Of a DNA stretch of 64,000 nucleotides, positions 1-13,130 are shown in pieces (within the stretch, counting starts at the first letter, position 1; the number at the start of each line of letters is the position of its first letter). Below the pieces are notes generated by a model. It did no database searches and was not told where the DNA came from. It saw only the letters and a list, made by a program, of their open reading frames with translations. Position numbers and translations under genes: made by a program. Source of the stretch: Chrysomallon squamiferum (lineage: Eukaryota > Animalia > Mollusca); the NCBI GenBank assembly GCA_012295275.1, contig CM022670.1, positions 2,046,001 through 2,110,000 on the forward strand, written 5' to 3'.

Positions 1-380
1 ATTGAAAACTGCCCATGTAGTCTGTGTTGGTTTGATGATGTTGTTGTTATTGTTGTTGTGTTTGTTATTATTTTTTATTTTATGTCATTACTGATAATGG
101 GCTTTTGGTTTTTGGGGTTTTGGGGGGGGTTTTAATTATTATTATTTTGTTTTTTTTTTTAATCATTTTGACATTAATGGAGTTTTATCGAAAAAAGTAA
201 ACAACAACATTAATGAGAGAGAGAAAAAATAACAACAAAAACACAAAAAAACTTTACCTTAAAATGCACAAATGTTTGGATCTATTGATTTTTAACAATT
301 CATTTACTGTTATAATTAAAATCTAAAATCTTAAAAATGAGTCACTGTCGTAATTAATGATATTTTTGTTTTATTTACAG

Positions 381-685
381 ATCCATCAAATTTAATAACT
401 CGAGTATCTAAAGTGGGCAAAATACGACCGTCGCTGACGTGGCAAAACCACAGCCGCATCACGCAGACCGTGGAACTGAGATACAGCTACCGCGTCGTCT
501 GCGACCAGTACTATTACGGGACCGGATGTGACATACTCTGCCGAGAAAGAGACGATAGGTTTGGTCACTATCTCTGCGGCGGGAATGGGACCAGACTCTG
601 TCTGTCAGGATGGGAAGGAGAATTTTGCGATAAAGGTAAAAAACAAAATTTTATTTTGGTTGTTTTATCCATTATTATATTGTTA

Positions 686-743
<58 letters not shown>

Positions 744-1553
744 GATTATTATTATTGTTATTATTATTTAGGGTTTGGATTACTAATAGCAGTGGTAGTA
801 TCAACAACAGTAGCTGTAGTACAAGTAATAATAACAGTAGTAGTATAACGTATTTACATAAAAATGAATGTGTGTTTTTCTTTGTATTATTGCTCTGTGC
901 ATTCCCTGTTTATTTATTTATTTCTTTACTTCATATACGGAATATATCTGAAGTCGAGTAAATCAAATTTTTTCAAAAAACTTTCAAAATTAAAATTCAA
1001 TTTCAATTCAGTAAAATAAAATATGTAAACAAAAGTTGTTATAATAATAAACTGATAATTAAGTTCAAAATGGTGCATTTAACAAACGTGCTGCGTAGAT
1101 GAATTTGGCATTAAATGAAACCAGTTTAAACGTATTCTGATTTTTAAAGAAAACAACAAATATCTGAAACGTGTATATATATATACAATACATGACGTCT
1201 GTCGGTTTTGTTTTGTAAAAATTTAAATTAGTTACAGAACTACTCGTTGTGCAAAAGAAAGAAAAGAAAAAAAATCCCTGTGAACGTCAGAAAACATAAA
1301 TGTCGCATTTGACGTGAATATTGTTGTCAGATCGCTATCATATATATAGAAACGGCTCAGACAAACCAAATTAAGATAACCACAGGGGACACACGTAAGA
1401 ACCGGATTTTGGCACGGGTATAAAGCAGTCTCTGTACTTTTACAGCAAAACTTCAAACACGAATTTAATTAAATTGCTATCATCTTCGAAAAAGAAGAAA
1501 ATATTTTTTAAAAAACCAACAACATGAATTGTCTTCAATCGAATTTGCACTTC

Positions 1554-1585
<32 letters not shown>

Positions 1586-1849
1586 TGGTGTTCGTCTGAT
1601 GTTAGAAAATTGAAACAAAATCCCTAGGGCAGGTGATTCGAGATCCGTGCGGTGCTATCTAAAGAAGAAGTTTATTAGAAAATTAAAAACTGAATTCTCG
1701 GTTGTAAATGTCTGAAGTGTGTCATGAGACCCTTAAACGTCTACATGCAGTTGATGAGAAGCAGACGTAAACGCCAAGAATAGCAATTTTAAAAATTATT
1801 TCAGCATTAATTATAATCAGAAGTAAAAGCCTTCAGTTATTACAAACTC

Positions 1850-1931
<82 letters not shown>

Positions 1932-3398
1932 GCAAAATATATACGCACACACACAGATATATAGGCTATACATATGCAGCATAAAAAACTACATCGATTT
2001 CTTATAATGCACAATATTCTTAAGAGAAATGAAATAAAATGAAACTTCAGCCAGCAAATCAAATGATTATATAAAAAAATATAGATTTAATAAACAAATA
2101 CGTCTGTGAAAAAACAAATTAGATTTTTTAAAAGAGTTTATTTAGCGCACAAACTGAAGTAATAAAATGATTCATATAGAACTTTTATCTCAATAATAAC
2201 AACAAAACGTCTTTTGGTAACAGAAAAAAGCAGGTAACTGTTGAATTTATTAGCTTCATTTTGTGATAATAAATATCAGTGCAATAAAATCTATTTTCTC
2301 TCTTTCTTTCGTCTTTTTTTTTTTTTTTTTTTTTTTCTCTTCCTTTATTTACTTCCAAAACTCATAAAAAGACAAAATTATGAAATATTAAAAAACGTAA
2401 TTAATAGATGTTTCTTGAGTTTTATCTTGAGGGGAAAAGTTCTTGTACTCCGAAATCCTATCATCGTTTTATTATCAAAGCTTTTCTGGCAGTTTAACTG
2501 TTTCCTGGTGGAATCAAAGAGGTTATAAGTGGAAAATGTAGACGACATAAATCAATGAATATGTCATAATTATAACAGTTATAAATGTTATTAGGAAGAG
2601 TTAAGATGCTACTCTTAGGCTTGGAGTTTTCGCTTCGTTATATTGTCATTATTATTATTACTATTATTATTCTGTTAATGTGTGCATGTAGGTGTGTAAG
2701 ACTGTATTTGCGTTCGCATGTGTGTGTATGCGTATGTGATTGAGAGCGTGAATGTGTTTGTGTACGTTTTTGTCAGTCTTTGTGTTCGGTAGTTAGTGTG
2801 TTTGTGTTTCTGAGTGTTTGTAAAATGAGTATGCATGCATTTGAATGTATGTCAGTACGTAGCTATGGGTTTTCAGCTTGACGTTTTGTGCATGGCTCTA
2901 TGTGTTTGTGTGCACGTGCGCGCTACTGTATTTATAATGATATAATGTGACAGTGAATGTCTATGAATATCAATGCATGTTTGATTTTTCAGTTTTAATT
3001 GGTTGATAATTTTCTGTCTTTGATTTTTTTTTTCGAATTTGTTGTATTATATGACAGAATTTTGTTTACCTTTTTAAAGCGTTATCATTATTATTTTTGC
3101 ACTATCATGATAATAAACTCAATTATTTCGCTGTATCTGAGTTAAGGTTTTATTTGTTTTTTCAATGTTTTTTCAGCTAAATGCACAGATATGTGTACAC
3201 ATTCACACGGATATTGTGATAGACCTTACGAATGCAGGTGAAAAAAAAATATCTCTGAGTTTCTAATTCTCTCAGTTTCTCTCTTCTCTCTCTCACTCTC
3301 TCGCTCTCTATTTCTCTCTTTCGCCCTCTCTCTGTTCCTTTCTTTCTGTTTCTCTCGCATCTTCTTTTACTTTTTCCTCTTTGTCCATGTGTTTCTCT

Positions 3399-3484
<86 letters not shown>

Positions 3485-3593
3485 ACTCTCTCGCTCTCTA
3501 TTTCTCTCTTTTGCCCTCTCTCCGTCCCTTTCTTTCTATCTGTTTCTCTCGCATCTTCTTTTACTTTTTCCTCTTTGTCCATGTGTTTCTATG

Positions 3594-3679
<86 letters not shown>

Positions 3680-5216
3680 TCCCTCTCTCTCTCTCTCTTT
3701 TCTCTGTTTGTTTCTTTTTCTGTTTATTTGAACGTAAACCTTTTTATCATTTCTAAACGGTTGTATTTGTTTTCGAACCGGTAATTAGACTGAAAGGCAG
3801 GAGGCTTAAAATGACTTCTTTCCTGAACAGTAATTCCAACTATTTTCAGTTTATCTCAAGCAATCGTATATGTTATATGTCTATGGTATGGTTCTGAAAA
3901 AAAATAAAAATATTCCTTACTGCTAATCGATCTGAATAGCAAGTGCTGCATGTTCGCAGTCTCATAACATTATAAAAGTGATAACAAATGCTTGCCTCCA
4001 GAAAGACTCAAAAAATGACAAAACGTATCGTTAAACAAATATTGTTTCACTCAAGCCAAAACCATTCTTTTAACACGACATGTGTTGCAACAAGAAAACA
4101 ACAAAAAATCTGCAACTGAGAAATCTCAAGGGAAATTTCTGAAACTTGTGCTATTTTGAAACTTGTGTGTTTTTTTTTTGTTCAGATGTCGACTAGGATG
4201 GCGTGGTATGAACTGTCAGGAATGTATTCCATTTCCTGGTTGTCTTCATGGTTTCTGCAAGGACGCCTGGCAGTGCATATGTCACGAAGGCTGGAGCGGT
4301 TCTTTGTGTTCTATAGGTAGGTTGGCAGATTAGAGACGTTAAACACAAATACTAATGATTACAATAAAGGTATTCATTATATTAAAGTTGTATATTATAT
4401 ATTTATGAATGTTTTCCTCACAATTTATCAACACTGAATGTCAAAATTTGTATAAAAAACAGCAACGTACTTCTTAATACAGTTTTCGCGTAAACTTCTA
4501 AAATAATTGAATAAATTTGGAATATAATTAAAAATACAGACGAGCAATCATTGCTGATAATAAAGTTTTGCGATAAAGTAGCAGAACCAAATATTTCTGT
4601 TACTGGTTGAAACGACAAAAGAGTAATCGGAATTTGATTTGCGCATTTCATTTAGATAACAGATACTGCTACCACTACACACCGTGTCACCACGGCGGAA
4701 CATGCCACCACGACAGCGTCAGCAACTTCACGTGCACCTGTCCGTCCGGTTACACCGGACCCCGATGCGAGACGGAAACGTGTTTTCACGGGTTCTGTCT
4801 AAACAACGGACAGTGTTCTGTAAGTCGAAGCTTTAAAATGATATATGTATATATATTTTAGAACAATAACAACTGTAATAATTATAATTGTTATAATTAA
4901 ATAAAATTAAGAATTGTACAAGAATGGTTTATGTTTGTTTGGGGTTGTGTGTTTTTATTTATTTATTTAATTTTTTTTTAATTATTATTATTATTTTTTT
5001 TTGTTAATTAAACAATGAAAAAAAAAAATGAAATTAAAATTAAAATAAAAAATTAATATGAAGCTTCTATTTCTCTACATATCTTCTTCAAAACTTTTCT
5101 TTGCTTACGGATATTCTATTAGAACGCATTCATACAAAATATTTTGCCAGTCATTTGTCTTATGGCTTTCAACTTATTTAACAATAAACGTCTATATATC
5201 ATCGTCATCATCTATG

Positions 5217-5247
<31 letters not shown>

Positions 5248-6121
5248 ATCAGTGGTGGATCCAGACACTGCAGATGTAGGCGTGGTTTCGGAGGAAGACG
5301 TTGCGAACACGTGGAGACGTCCTGCGGCGACCACGACTGCAGAAACAACGCCTCCTGCCGGCGAGTGGAAGCGGAGTGGAAATGTGTGTGTCCGCCAGGG
5401 TTCACTGGTCTGCAGTGCGAGTCGGAGATCGACGAATGCGAATCTGATCCCTGCGTCAATGGTAACATTTTACCTTGTTAAAAATACACTCAGTGTTAAA
5501 CTATCAGAATAGACCTGCCTCTCAGTGAGTTTGGTTGATGAGCGATAGGTCCCAAGATCAATGCTCCTAGGCGTTGTCAGTTGACGTTACTCTGTTATCT
5601 CTTGTTTTCTGCGTCCAGTGTGTGTTTTCTGTCAACAAGAAAACGCGTTGTCAAAAATCTCTTCACTGCTCATCGTGTTTCTCTCCCAGATTATTATCAT
5701 TAATAGCCAGCAACAAATTCCACTGTCTCTCCTATATATGTCTGGAACTAGAAAAAAAAAATCTGTCCATTTTTTTTTTTTTTTTTTTTTTCTTTTAATC
5801 TTGTTCTGAACGTTTTTATTTTCATTAATTTAGAGAAAATAAATTAGATTCCAAAATCAAAGAGTTCGTAAAGAAATTTATGAAATGTGCCTATTTGACA
5901 TCTGAAAAAAAAGAAAAAAAGAAAAAAAAAGAGTTGTGTGTTGTTTGGTGCAGCAAATGCATCGTGAGTAATAACCAGTCTGTGTAGATTTATAAAAGAT
6001 CCGTTGCCAGAAACTTAGCTATAGGGAGGCCACCGGTTTTCTCTCTTATATAATCGTTATAGATATAAAAATATATATAACAAGTAGCAGTGGTAGTAGT
6101 AGCGGTAGTACAGTAATCATT

Positions 6122-6158
<37 letters not shown>

Positions 6159-6516
6159 CAGTAGTAGTAGTAGAAATAGTAGTAGTAGTTCTAGTACAAT
6201 AGTAGTTGTAGTAGTAATAAAATTGAAAAAAAATGTTAAACGTAATTTCTATTAATATTTAAGTATGTCACGGTATCTTTAAATAAGTATAATTTTTTTC
6301 TTCATTTTCTAATTTTTTAGAATATCAATGTGTGTATATATAAGATGATACTTCCATGACTTCCTTTAAGTCAAAAGTTTATTTGATTAAAATGTTTAGA
6401 GGTTATCCCTCCACTGAAAGATTTAATCAAGTGGATTAATGATAAACAGAATATTTTATATATTTGTTATTTATCCTTAATATTAAAAAATATATATTAA
6501 TAATAATAGATAATAG

Positions 6517-6594
<78 letters not shown>

Positions 6595-7697
6595 TTTTAA
6601 AATTATCATGCAACAAAATTTGCTGGTTCAGGAAATTCGGTTTATCATCATCATCTTTGCCATCAGCAACATCAGCATCATCATCTTCTTCAGCATTAGT
6701 GTTATAGAAATATGGCGGTTAACTTAATTAAATACCAAGGGTCTTCAAAACCGCGCTCGTGGTTTGAAGAGGAGCATAATTATAGCATAAATGTTATGTT
6801 GCTGATGCTGATGGCAAATTGTACTAATCTCGTGAAGAAATGTCAAATTCAAGATATCTATTTTAACACCGTGACGATACATTACGAATAATTATGAATG
6901 AACACACACACATAAACATACAGACACACAAATATACACGCACACATAAATGTACACACATTTCAAATATTCAAAGGAAAGGAGTTAGATATGCAGTTAT
7001 GCAAGCCACGAGTCTGTGTGTTTCGGCTATGTGGCTATCTCTGTGTACAAGTTCGTGTGCAAGATGAGACTTGTGTTTATTCAGTATGTTATCTTCTGTT
7101 ACAGGAGGCACATGCAGAGACAGAATCAACGGATATCACTGCGAATGTCACAGCGGCTACTTGGGCCGGGACTGCGACATCGCCCTTGACCCTTGCCTCG
7201 GTTTCGAGTGTTTTAATGGCGGACAGTGTAAAATTACCAGCGGAGGGTACACCCCGGTCTGCCACTGCCCGGAGGATTTTATTGGGTACAGATGTGAGAC
7301 ACCTTTAAATCCTTGTCTCGGAATTACTTGTTTTCACGGGGGAACCTGCAGAAAGCTTGCAAACAATTCGTTTTTCTGCCAGTGCGCTTCTGGTTACACG
7401 GGAAACGTTTGTCAGATTAAACTGCCGACTGTCGCCGACACGTGCTCCGCTTTCCCGTGTCAAAATGGCGGAGAGTGCCGGCAGAACGACGACGGCTTCA
7501 CGTGCATGTGCGCCCCCGGCTTCTTTGGAATCACGTGCGAGAGGATGACAGCCTCCTCAGACGAACCGTGGAATAACATGAACAGTGTTCCGAACAACGT
7601 GAAAGCACTGGACCATAACTCGTCAAACAGGACTGTTTACAGAACTATATCTTTAACAAGTATTAGCTTTTTAGTAATCTTCTTTACTAGATGGTAA
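381..7697 (+). CDS. Delta: Delta-like Notch ligand (end of N-terminal C2/MNNL, DSL, DOS, 9 EGF repeats, short hydrophobic C-terminus); 5' exons lie upstream of the window
   Basis: Phase-consistent GT-AG exons 381-635, 3177-3237, 4186-4316, 4656-4819, 5248-5461, 7105-7697. They encode the DSL domain (YSYRVVCDQYYYGTGCDILCRERDDRFGHYLCGGNGTRLCLSGWEGEFC), DOS-type EGF1/2 (CTDMCTHSHGYCDRPYECRCRLGWRGMNCQECIPFPGCLHGFCKDAWQCICHEGWSGSLC) and 7 more EGF repeats. There is no vWC domain, so it is Delta-type rather than Serrate/Jagged. The protein ends ...DHNSSNRTVYRTISLTSISFLVIFFTRW*. Orthologue versus paralogue is not determined. Confidence 0.9.
684..768. repeat. (ATT)n microsatellite
   Basis: Direct reading; source of the poly-L/Y/N ORF artefacts. 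Confidence 0.95.
1854..1927. repeat. (CT)n microsatellite
   Basis: Direct reading. Similar (CT/GA)n tracts at about 6523-6592, 8017-8102, 12385-12489, 22009-22180, 24107-24212, 26612-26684, 27342-27415. Confidence 0.95.
3282..3700. repeat. Duplicated pyrimidine-rich block (about 115 bp, two copies) each followed by (CT)n
   Basis: ...ctctcgctctctatttctctcttt...gcatcttcttttactttttcctctttgtccatgtgtttct occurs at about 3285-3395 and again at about 3475-3590. Confidence 0.85.
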
Positions 7698-8013
7698 CAA
7701 GTGTCGTAGTGTTGCTGTTTGTTTTTGTTTTGTTTTGTTGGTGTGTTTTTTTCCTTGTTAGATATAGTAATTTTTTTCAGAGAGAGAAAAATAAGATTCT
7801 ACAGTTTATGCGGAGCGATAAAGAGAATGCTATCCTGGTTGTTGTAACTTATCTAATATCTGCGGAGAAAATAGTGCTCGTTTGTGTTTCTGGGTGATAT
7901 GGAAATTAAGTTATTATCTCTTACGAGTACAAATGGAGCAGCTTTTCAGTTCATTTTTTTAAGTTATGTGAAGGCATTTCTGTGTGTATGAGATGTAAGA
8001 GATAGCAAGATTC

Positions 8014-8105
<92 letters not shown>

Positions 8106-10155
8106 GTGAGCGACTGAGAGAAAGATTTTAAATGTGAGTTGTGCTTTTATATACTTCTATTTTCGTTTTTGTATAATACATTTTAATAACAATTATTTGC
8201 TGTTCATCGGTTTAAAATTGGAAAGGTATATTTGAGTATTTATTAGTAAATGATGTAAATTTTCCTATTATCTCAACGAATAGGTCTGTGTATGTTATTT
8301 TGTGACGCATAGAGCTTGTGTATGAATGATTCAGTATGAAAATGATGTATCTGAATGGGAATTGTTTACTGATAATTCTTCGATATCGTTTTTAACCACA
8401 ATATATTTTTATTATTAATTTTCTTTGTAGAGAAATTTGGTTTCATTATTTTATTTAATTTACGTTTTTATTGATAAACATTCGATAACATTTTATCATT
8501 ATATCTTTAATTTCCATTTATACTTAAATAATCATTTCTTCTGAACATTTTAAATTATCATTATTTTATCATTTTATTCTTATTTCCAAGTCTATTAATA
8601 TTATTTCAGTTTCTGTTATTTACTTTATCTTTCAACTCAGAATATTATACAATTTAATGTATGTTTTAAAGCCTTATTAAATAATTATATGTGTATATAT
8701 ACATAAACAAAAAATATACACACTCACACACAAGTATATTTACACATATATACATTCTGATCTCTGTTATCTCACACGTAATACAGAAATAGTGCTACAA
8801 AAGGAAATAAAAGGAATTAATTATAAATTTTGTGCCATATACACCATCACTCTTTTATTTATTGTTTAAAATTACTTTTTTTTTAATAAATTTGTGTATG
8901 TCCAAATTTTCTTGTCCGGTCTAATTAATTACCGTTAATAACCATCGAAAGAAATCGTAATTCACGAGTGTGAGAAATGAATGAGAAAACAAATTCACTT
9001 TTCGTTTTCGATGACATTTACGTCGTAAACTGATTTTATGGATGATATAAATTTTCACTTCAGCCGACTTCAAGCCGCCGTAGATACACAAAAATGTGTA
9101 TTTCTCCATCTCTAGTCTTTGCCATAGCCTGCTACACGAGTTAATATGTTTTAAAAATAATAATAAAAACAATAATAATAATAATAGTAACTTTTATAAA
9201 GAAAAGTGTTTGGTCCATACAAATGTTCTGTACTAACATTCCCGAACTTAGTAATTATCTATTTTAAATAACAGCAATTGAAAATATGAATATAAAATAA
9301 TAATAATAATAATAAATCTGAAAGTGCTTTTTTAGATACAGCCCACACAATTTAAGACTTCGTCAGTAATTCTGAGTTATTTATTTAGTCCTATTTATTA
9401 AATGAGAACGTAAAATATATTTGCATGTCTTCGTAGTCCAAGATATTTTCTTTATTGACGTGTTTGTCATTTTTTTCCTTTTATTTAAAAGGATCAGATC
9501 TTCGATTTTTGCTAGGAATTAACAATAAAAAAATAAATAAATAAAAAAGTATTAATAGAATGATCTTTAATGGTATTATTGTGTCAAATGATCAATGACC
9601 GACTGGCTCCCTTTACTTTGTGAATAATACAACGACTGATCACCTTTAAATACTGAAATTTGTGCCATTTCTCTTTAAATATTAAATGAATCAATGCAAT
9701 TAGCAAACACTAGTAGCTGTATATTTAATTTTATAGTATTTTATCATGTTAGTGATTTGTAGATATGTATACGTTTTATGATCTTTTATACATTTTTTTT
9801 TATTATTTACTTCTCTTTTTCTTTTTTAAATTATTAATGTATCTCATTTTGTGCTTATAAGAAAACATTTTATATTTATTTATAGTTTCAAAAAATGGAA
9901 ATCGGCGGTTATTTAAATATAATTTTGAGAAATACATGTATTTGAGTTGTCTTTTTTTTCTTTTTTTGTTGAATTTCAGATTTTCAAATATTCGTGCACG
10001 ATATGTAAAAAGAATGCAGTACACATATACTGTAGTGCAAGGACACCTAATCACATACTCAATCTTGTTAGTCATACATAAATATAAACAAACGCACATG
10101 TTCTTAATCAAAGAGTAACAGATAAACACGCGTTAATACAGACATGCATCCATAT

Positions 10156-10198
<43 letters not shown>

Positions 10199-10514
10199 GA
10201 TACACACACGCACACAGACACACGCACACGCACGCACTTCATATTATATCAGTATCATGTGGTTTCCACCGAGTCTAGTCTCTCGGTTTTTAGGAATCGC
10301 TGCGAGGTCCGCGCGCTAACTTTACAGTTTTTATCGAGACCAGACCGGTGTGAATACAGCGCTCCCCGCAGATATCAAACCAGCAACGTGCGTCTGATAA
10401 CATCTCTACGGATGACTACAGAAATGACGTCGATGTTAACCAGTACTCTTTGAATGGTGTGTGAGCTTTCATTATTATCAAAATAGATGTTTTTCTGTGG
10501 GGAAAAAAAAAAAT

Positions 10515-10880
10515 TATAGTCCTGATATCTGAAGGCGATAATCCTATAATCTACAGGTCTATATCCTATAATCGAAAAACGTTAATCCTATAATTTAAAT
10601 ATCACAGTGTAATAATTTGATAATTTTAATCGTATAATTTAAGTTACCCTAATTTAATTACCTTAATCCTGTAATTAAAAAACAATCCTGTAATTTAGAT
10701 ATAATCCAGTAATCTGAAGCATTAATCCTAAAATTTTAGTCGCATAATCTAAATATCATCGTTTTATAATTTACAGAAATCAATACTAAAATTTAAAACT
10801 GTAAATCCTATGATTTCACAGTCTATATTCTATAATTTAAATATCTTAATCCTATAATTTAAAAACTGTGATCCTATTAC
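10515..10880. repeat. Degenerate minisatellite, unit about 22 bp (AATCCTATAATTTAAA core)
   Basis: Recurrent atcctataat/atcctgtaat cores at roughly 20-25 bp spacing. Confidence 0.8.
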
Positions 10881-11127
10881 TGTATCTGTAACGCTTCACT
10901 TTCCTCTCTTACATTTTAAACCTGTACAAGTCAAAGGTGACGAAGATGATGTAATGATGACACTAGTCAACTCTGCACTCAAACTGCATTGCAAGAAAAA
11001 GTGTATTGGCGGCGGGTTTCCTCTCTCAATATCTGACTTTTCCTCAGACACATATAAGACGCCATATAACTCTTAGACTGTGTCGAGTGTGTTGTTCAGT
11101 CAAGCATGTTATGACATTTTATTTGTA

Positions 11128-11454
11128 CAGGATGACAATCCTTTATCCGGAATGCTTGAGACCGGAAGTGTTTAGGATTTCGGAATATTTCGGATTTTGG
11201 AATATAAGGAGATGATAGCATGAGAAAAGAATCTAAATATGAATTCAATTTTTTTTTTTTTTTTTTTTTTTTTTGTATTCAGCTTCCACAGACAGTTTGC
11301 AGAATTTTTGTAATAATATTTTAATAATAATTTTATGCATAAAATATGATTTGTAATTATCAAAACAAGCCCGAAAACTGTAAGATATTATTATTTCTGC
11401 TTTTCGGAAAACGTTTCCGATTTCGGAGCTTTTCGGATTTCGGACCTCACCCTG
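11128..11454. mobile_element. Non-autonomous Tc1/mariner-pogo (Tigger-like) MITE
   Basis: TA target duplication at 11126-27 and 11455-56; termini CAGGATGA...TCACCCTG; subterminal repeated TTTCGGA motifs; second copy at about 38.1-38.3 kb. Confidence 0.8.
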
Positions 11455-12380
11455 TACTTCTTATTTGTTTTTTATTTTTTATTTTTTTAAATAAATAATG
11501 TTAATACACGCTTTGTAGGGATTTCAAACAAAATTGATGTCTAATTTAACAAGCATCTATATATTTAAATTATAAAACATTTAATTTAAATACTATTTAT
11601 TTAAAACATAAAATTAAATAAAAAATATAAGAAAATATATTTGAACCAAAAACGGAAGCATATTAAAAATTCTTCTCTTTTTTTCTTTCTTTTTTTGTGA
11701 AAATAATATAAATTTAAAAATTAAATGGTACAGGAAACAACACAATTATCAGAATTGTCGCGCTGAAAATTATAACCCAAATACGTAACAAAGCAGACAG
11801 GTATTGTTTTGAACAATGTTTTGTAATGGTTGTAACTATAAGCTCCATGAACCTTGCCCTCTGGTATATGATTCAAAGTATATCGAAACATCAACACTTT
11901 CGTGAAATGAAATTAAAATCAGTTATAACGTGCATTAAATTCCTGTACGAGCAGCTAGTATACAAAACAACCACGTACAGAAGAACTTCCTCGCTTATCT
12001 CTATCACGGTATCAAATATCGTGCTAATTTAAAAAAGGGGAATTAAGTGTCACATAAATCAACGTCGGGTCAAAGGTTATACGTTCATATGTAACATGAC
12101 CTCCGTTTTTGCTAGGCAGTAGATAAACTTTTTCAGCGTGAAAATGTAACTGGCGTGTTTGGAGGTGTAAAGAACCGTAATTTTAGTGTAAGCAATAACA
12201 CAGCGAACGGAAGTGTAATGAAATCTTAATTTGTTAATGGTAGACGACTTAATACGAGGTTAAAGAATATGTGGCAGGCTGATAGTACACGTGTGTATGT
12301 TCGTTCGTGTGTCTGTGTATGACACCTGTTAGGAAGCGTGTGATGGACGCGTATAAGTTTACTGAGAGAGATTAAGATAT

Positions 12381-12491
<111 letters not shown>

Positions 12492-13062
12492 ATATAAAAA
12501 CATTTTTTCGAACAAACATTTATATGAGGGAGAAACTACACAAACTGATAGAACCAGACAGACAGAGAGAGAGTTAGACAGCGAGGAGTTAATCACTATT
12601 TGCAAAATGTTTTTAAAAAAAACTTAAAATCTGCCTTTCCTAATATTTTAAACTTAACAGTTGTGTCTGTATGTAAATTAATGTTTTCTTGTCATTCTCG
12701 TAGTCTAATTACATATATAAACTCTCGCCACTGATTTTATAAAGTCTGTGACTTGACTCTTTGATGTGGCTGAGAAAAACTATGACGAATCCTTTGAAGA
12801 TGTAAGGAAGACACTGAAATAACGAGTTTCTTGTCTGTTTTTAGACTTACTAAAACAAACATCTTTCTTCCAGTGAAGCAGTAAAAACACGTGTTTCCAC
12901 AGACAATAACAAACGGATTTAAAAAAAAAAATCTTGTATTTATTTTTTTTTTCATTTTATTTATTTTGCACTTTTTCTTTTTATTGCTTGCACTTTTTCT
13001 TGTAGGCATATGATGCACTTTGATGTTAATATGTATGTGTTTGTATGTATGTATATTATATA

Positions 13063-13073
13063 TACATACATAC

Positions 13074-13104
<31 letters not shown>

Positions 13105-13130
13105 CATACATACATACATACATACATACA
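13063..13130. repeat. (ACAT)n microsatellite
   Basis: Direct reading. Confidence 0.9.

Noticed and set aside
528-961. Poly-Y/L/N ORFs here, and all ER/SL/YVCM/IYLF ORFs across the window
   Set aside because: Translations of microsatellites; no splice or domain support.
7691-7897. Hydrophobic ORF MVTSVVVLLFVFVLFCWCVFF as the missing Delta TM or a separate gene
   Set aside because: Different frame from Delta and made of GT-rich low-complexity UTR-like sequence; it would need an unproven frameshift.
8921-9172. Minus-strand ORF as the last exon of the orphan gene
   Set aside because: No convincing acceptor or phase chain from upstream exons and no homology cue.
10411-10460. SECIS-like ATGA...AA...GA pattern
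   Set aside because: Helix II does not pair, and no in-frame TGA selenoprotein is nearby.
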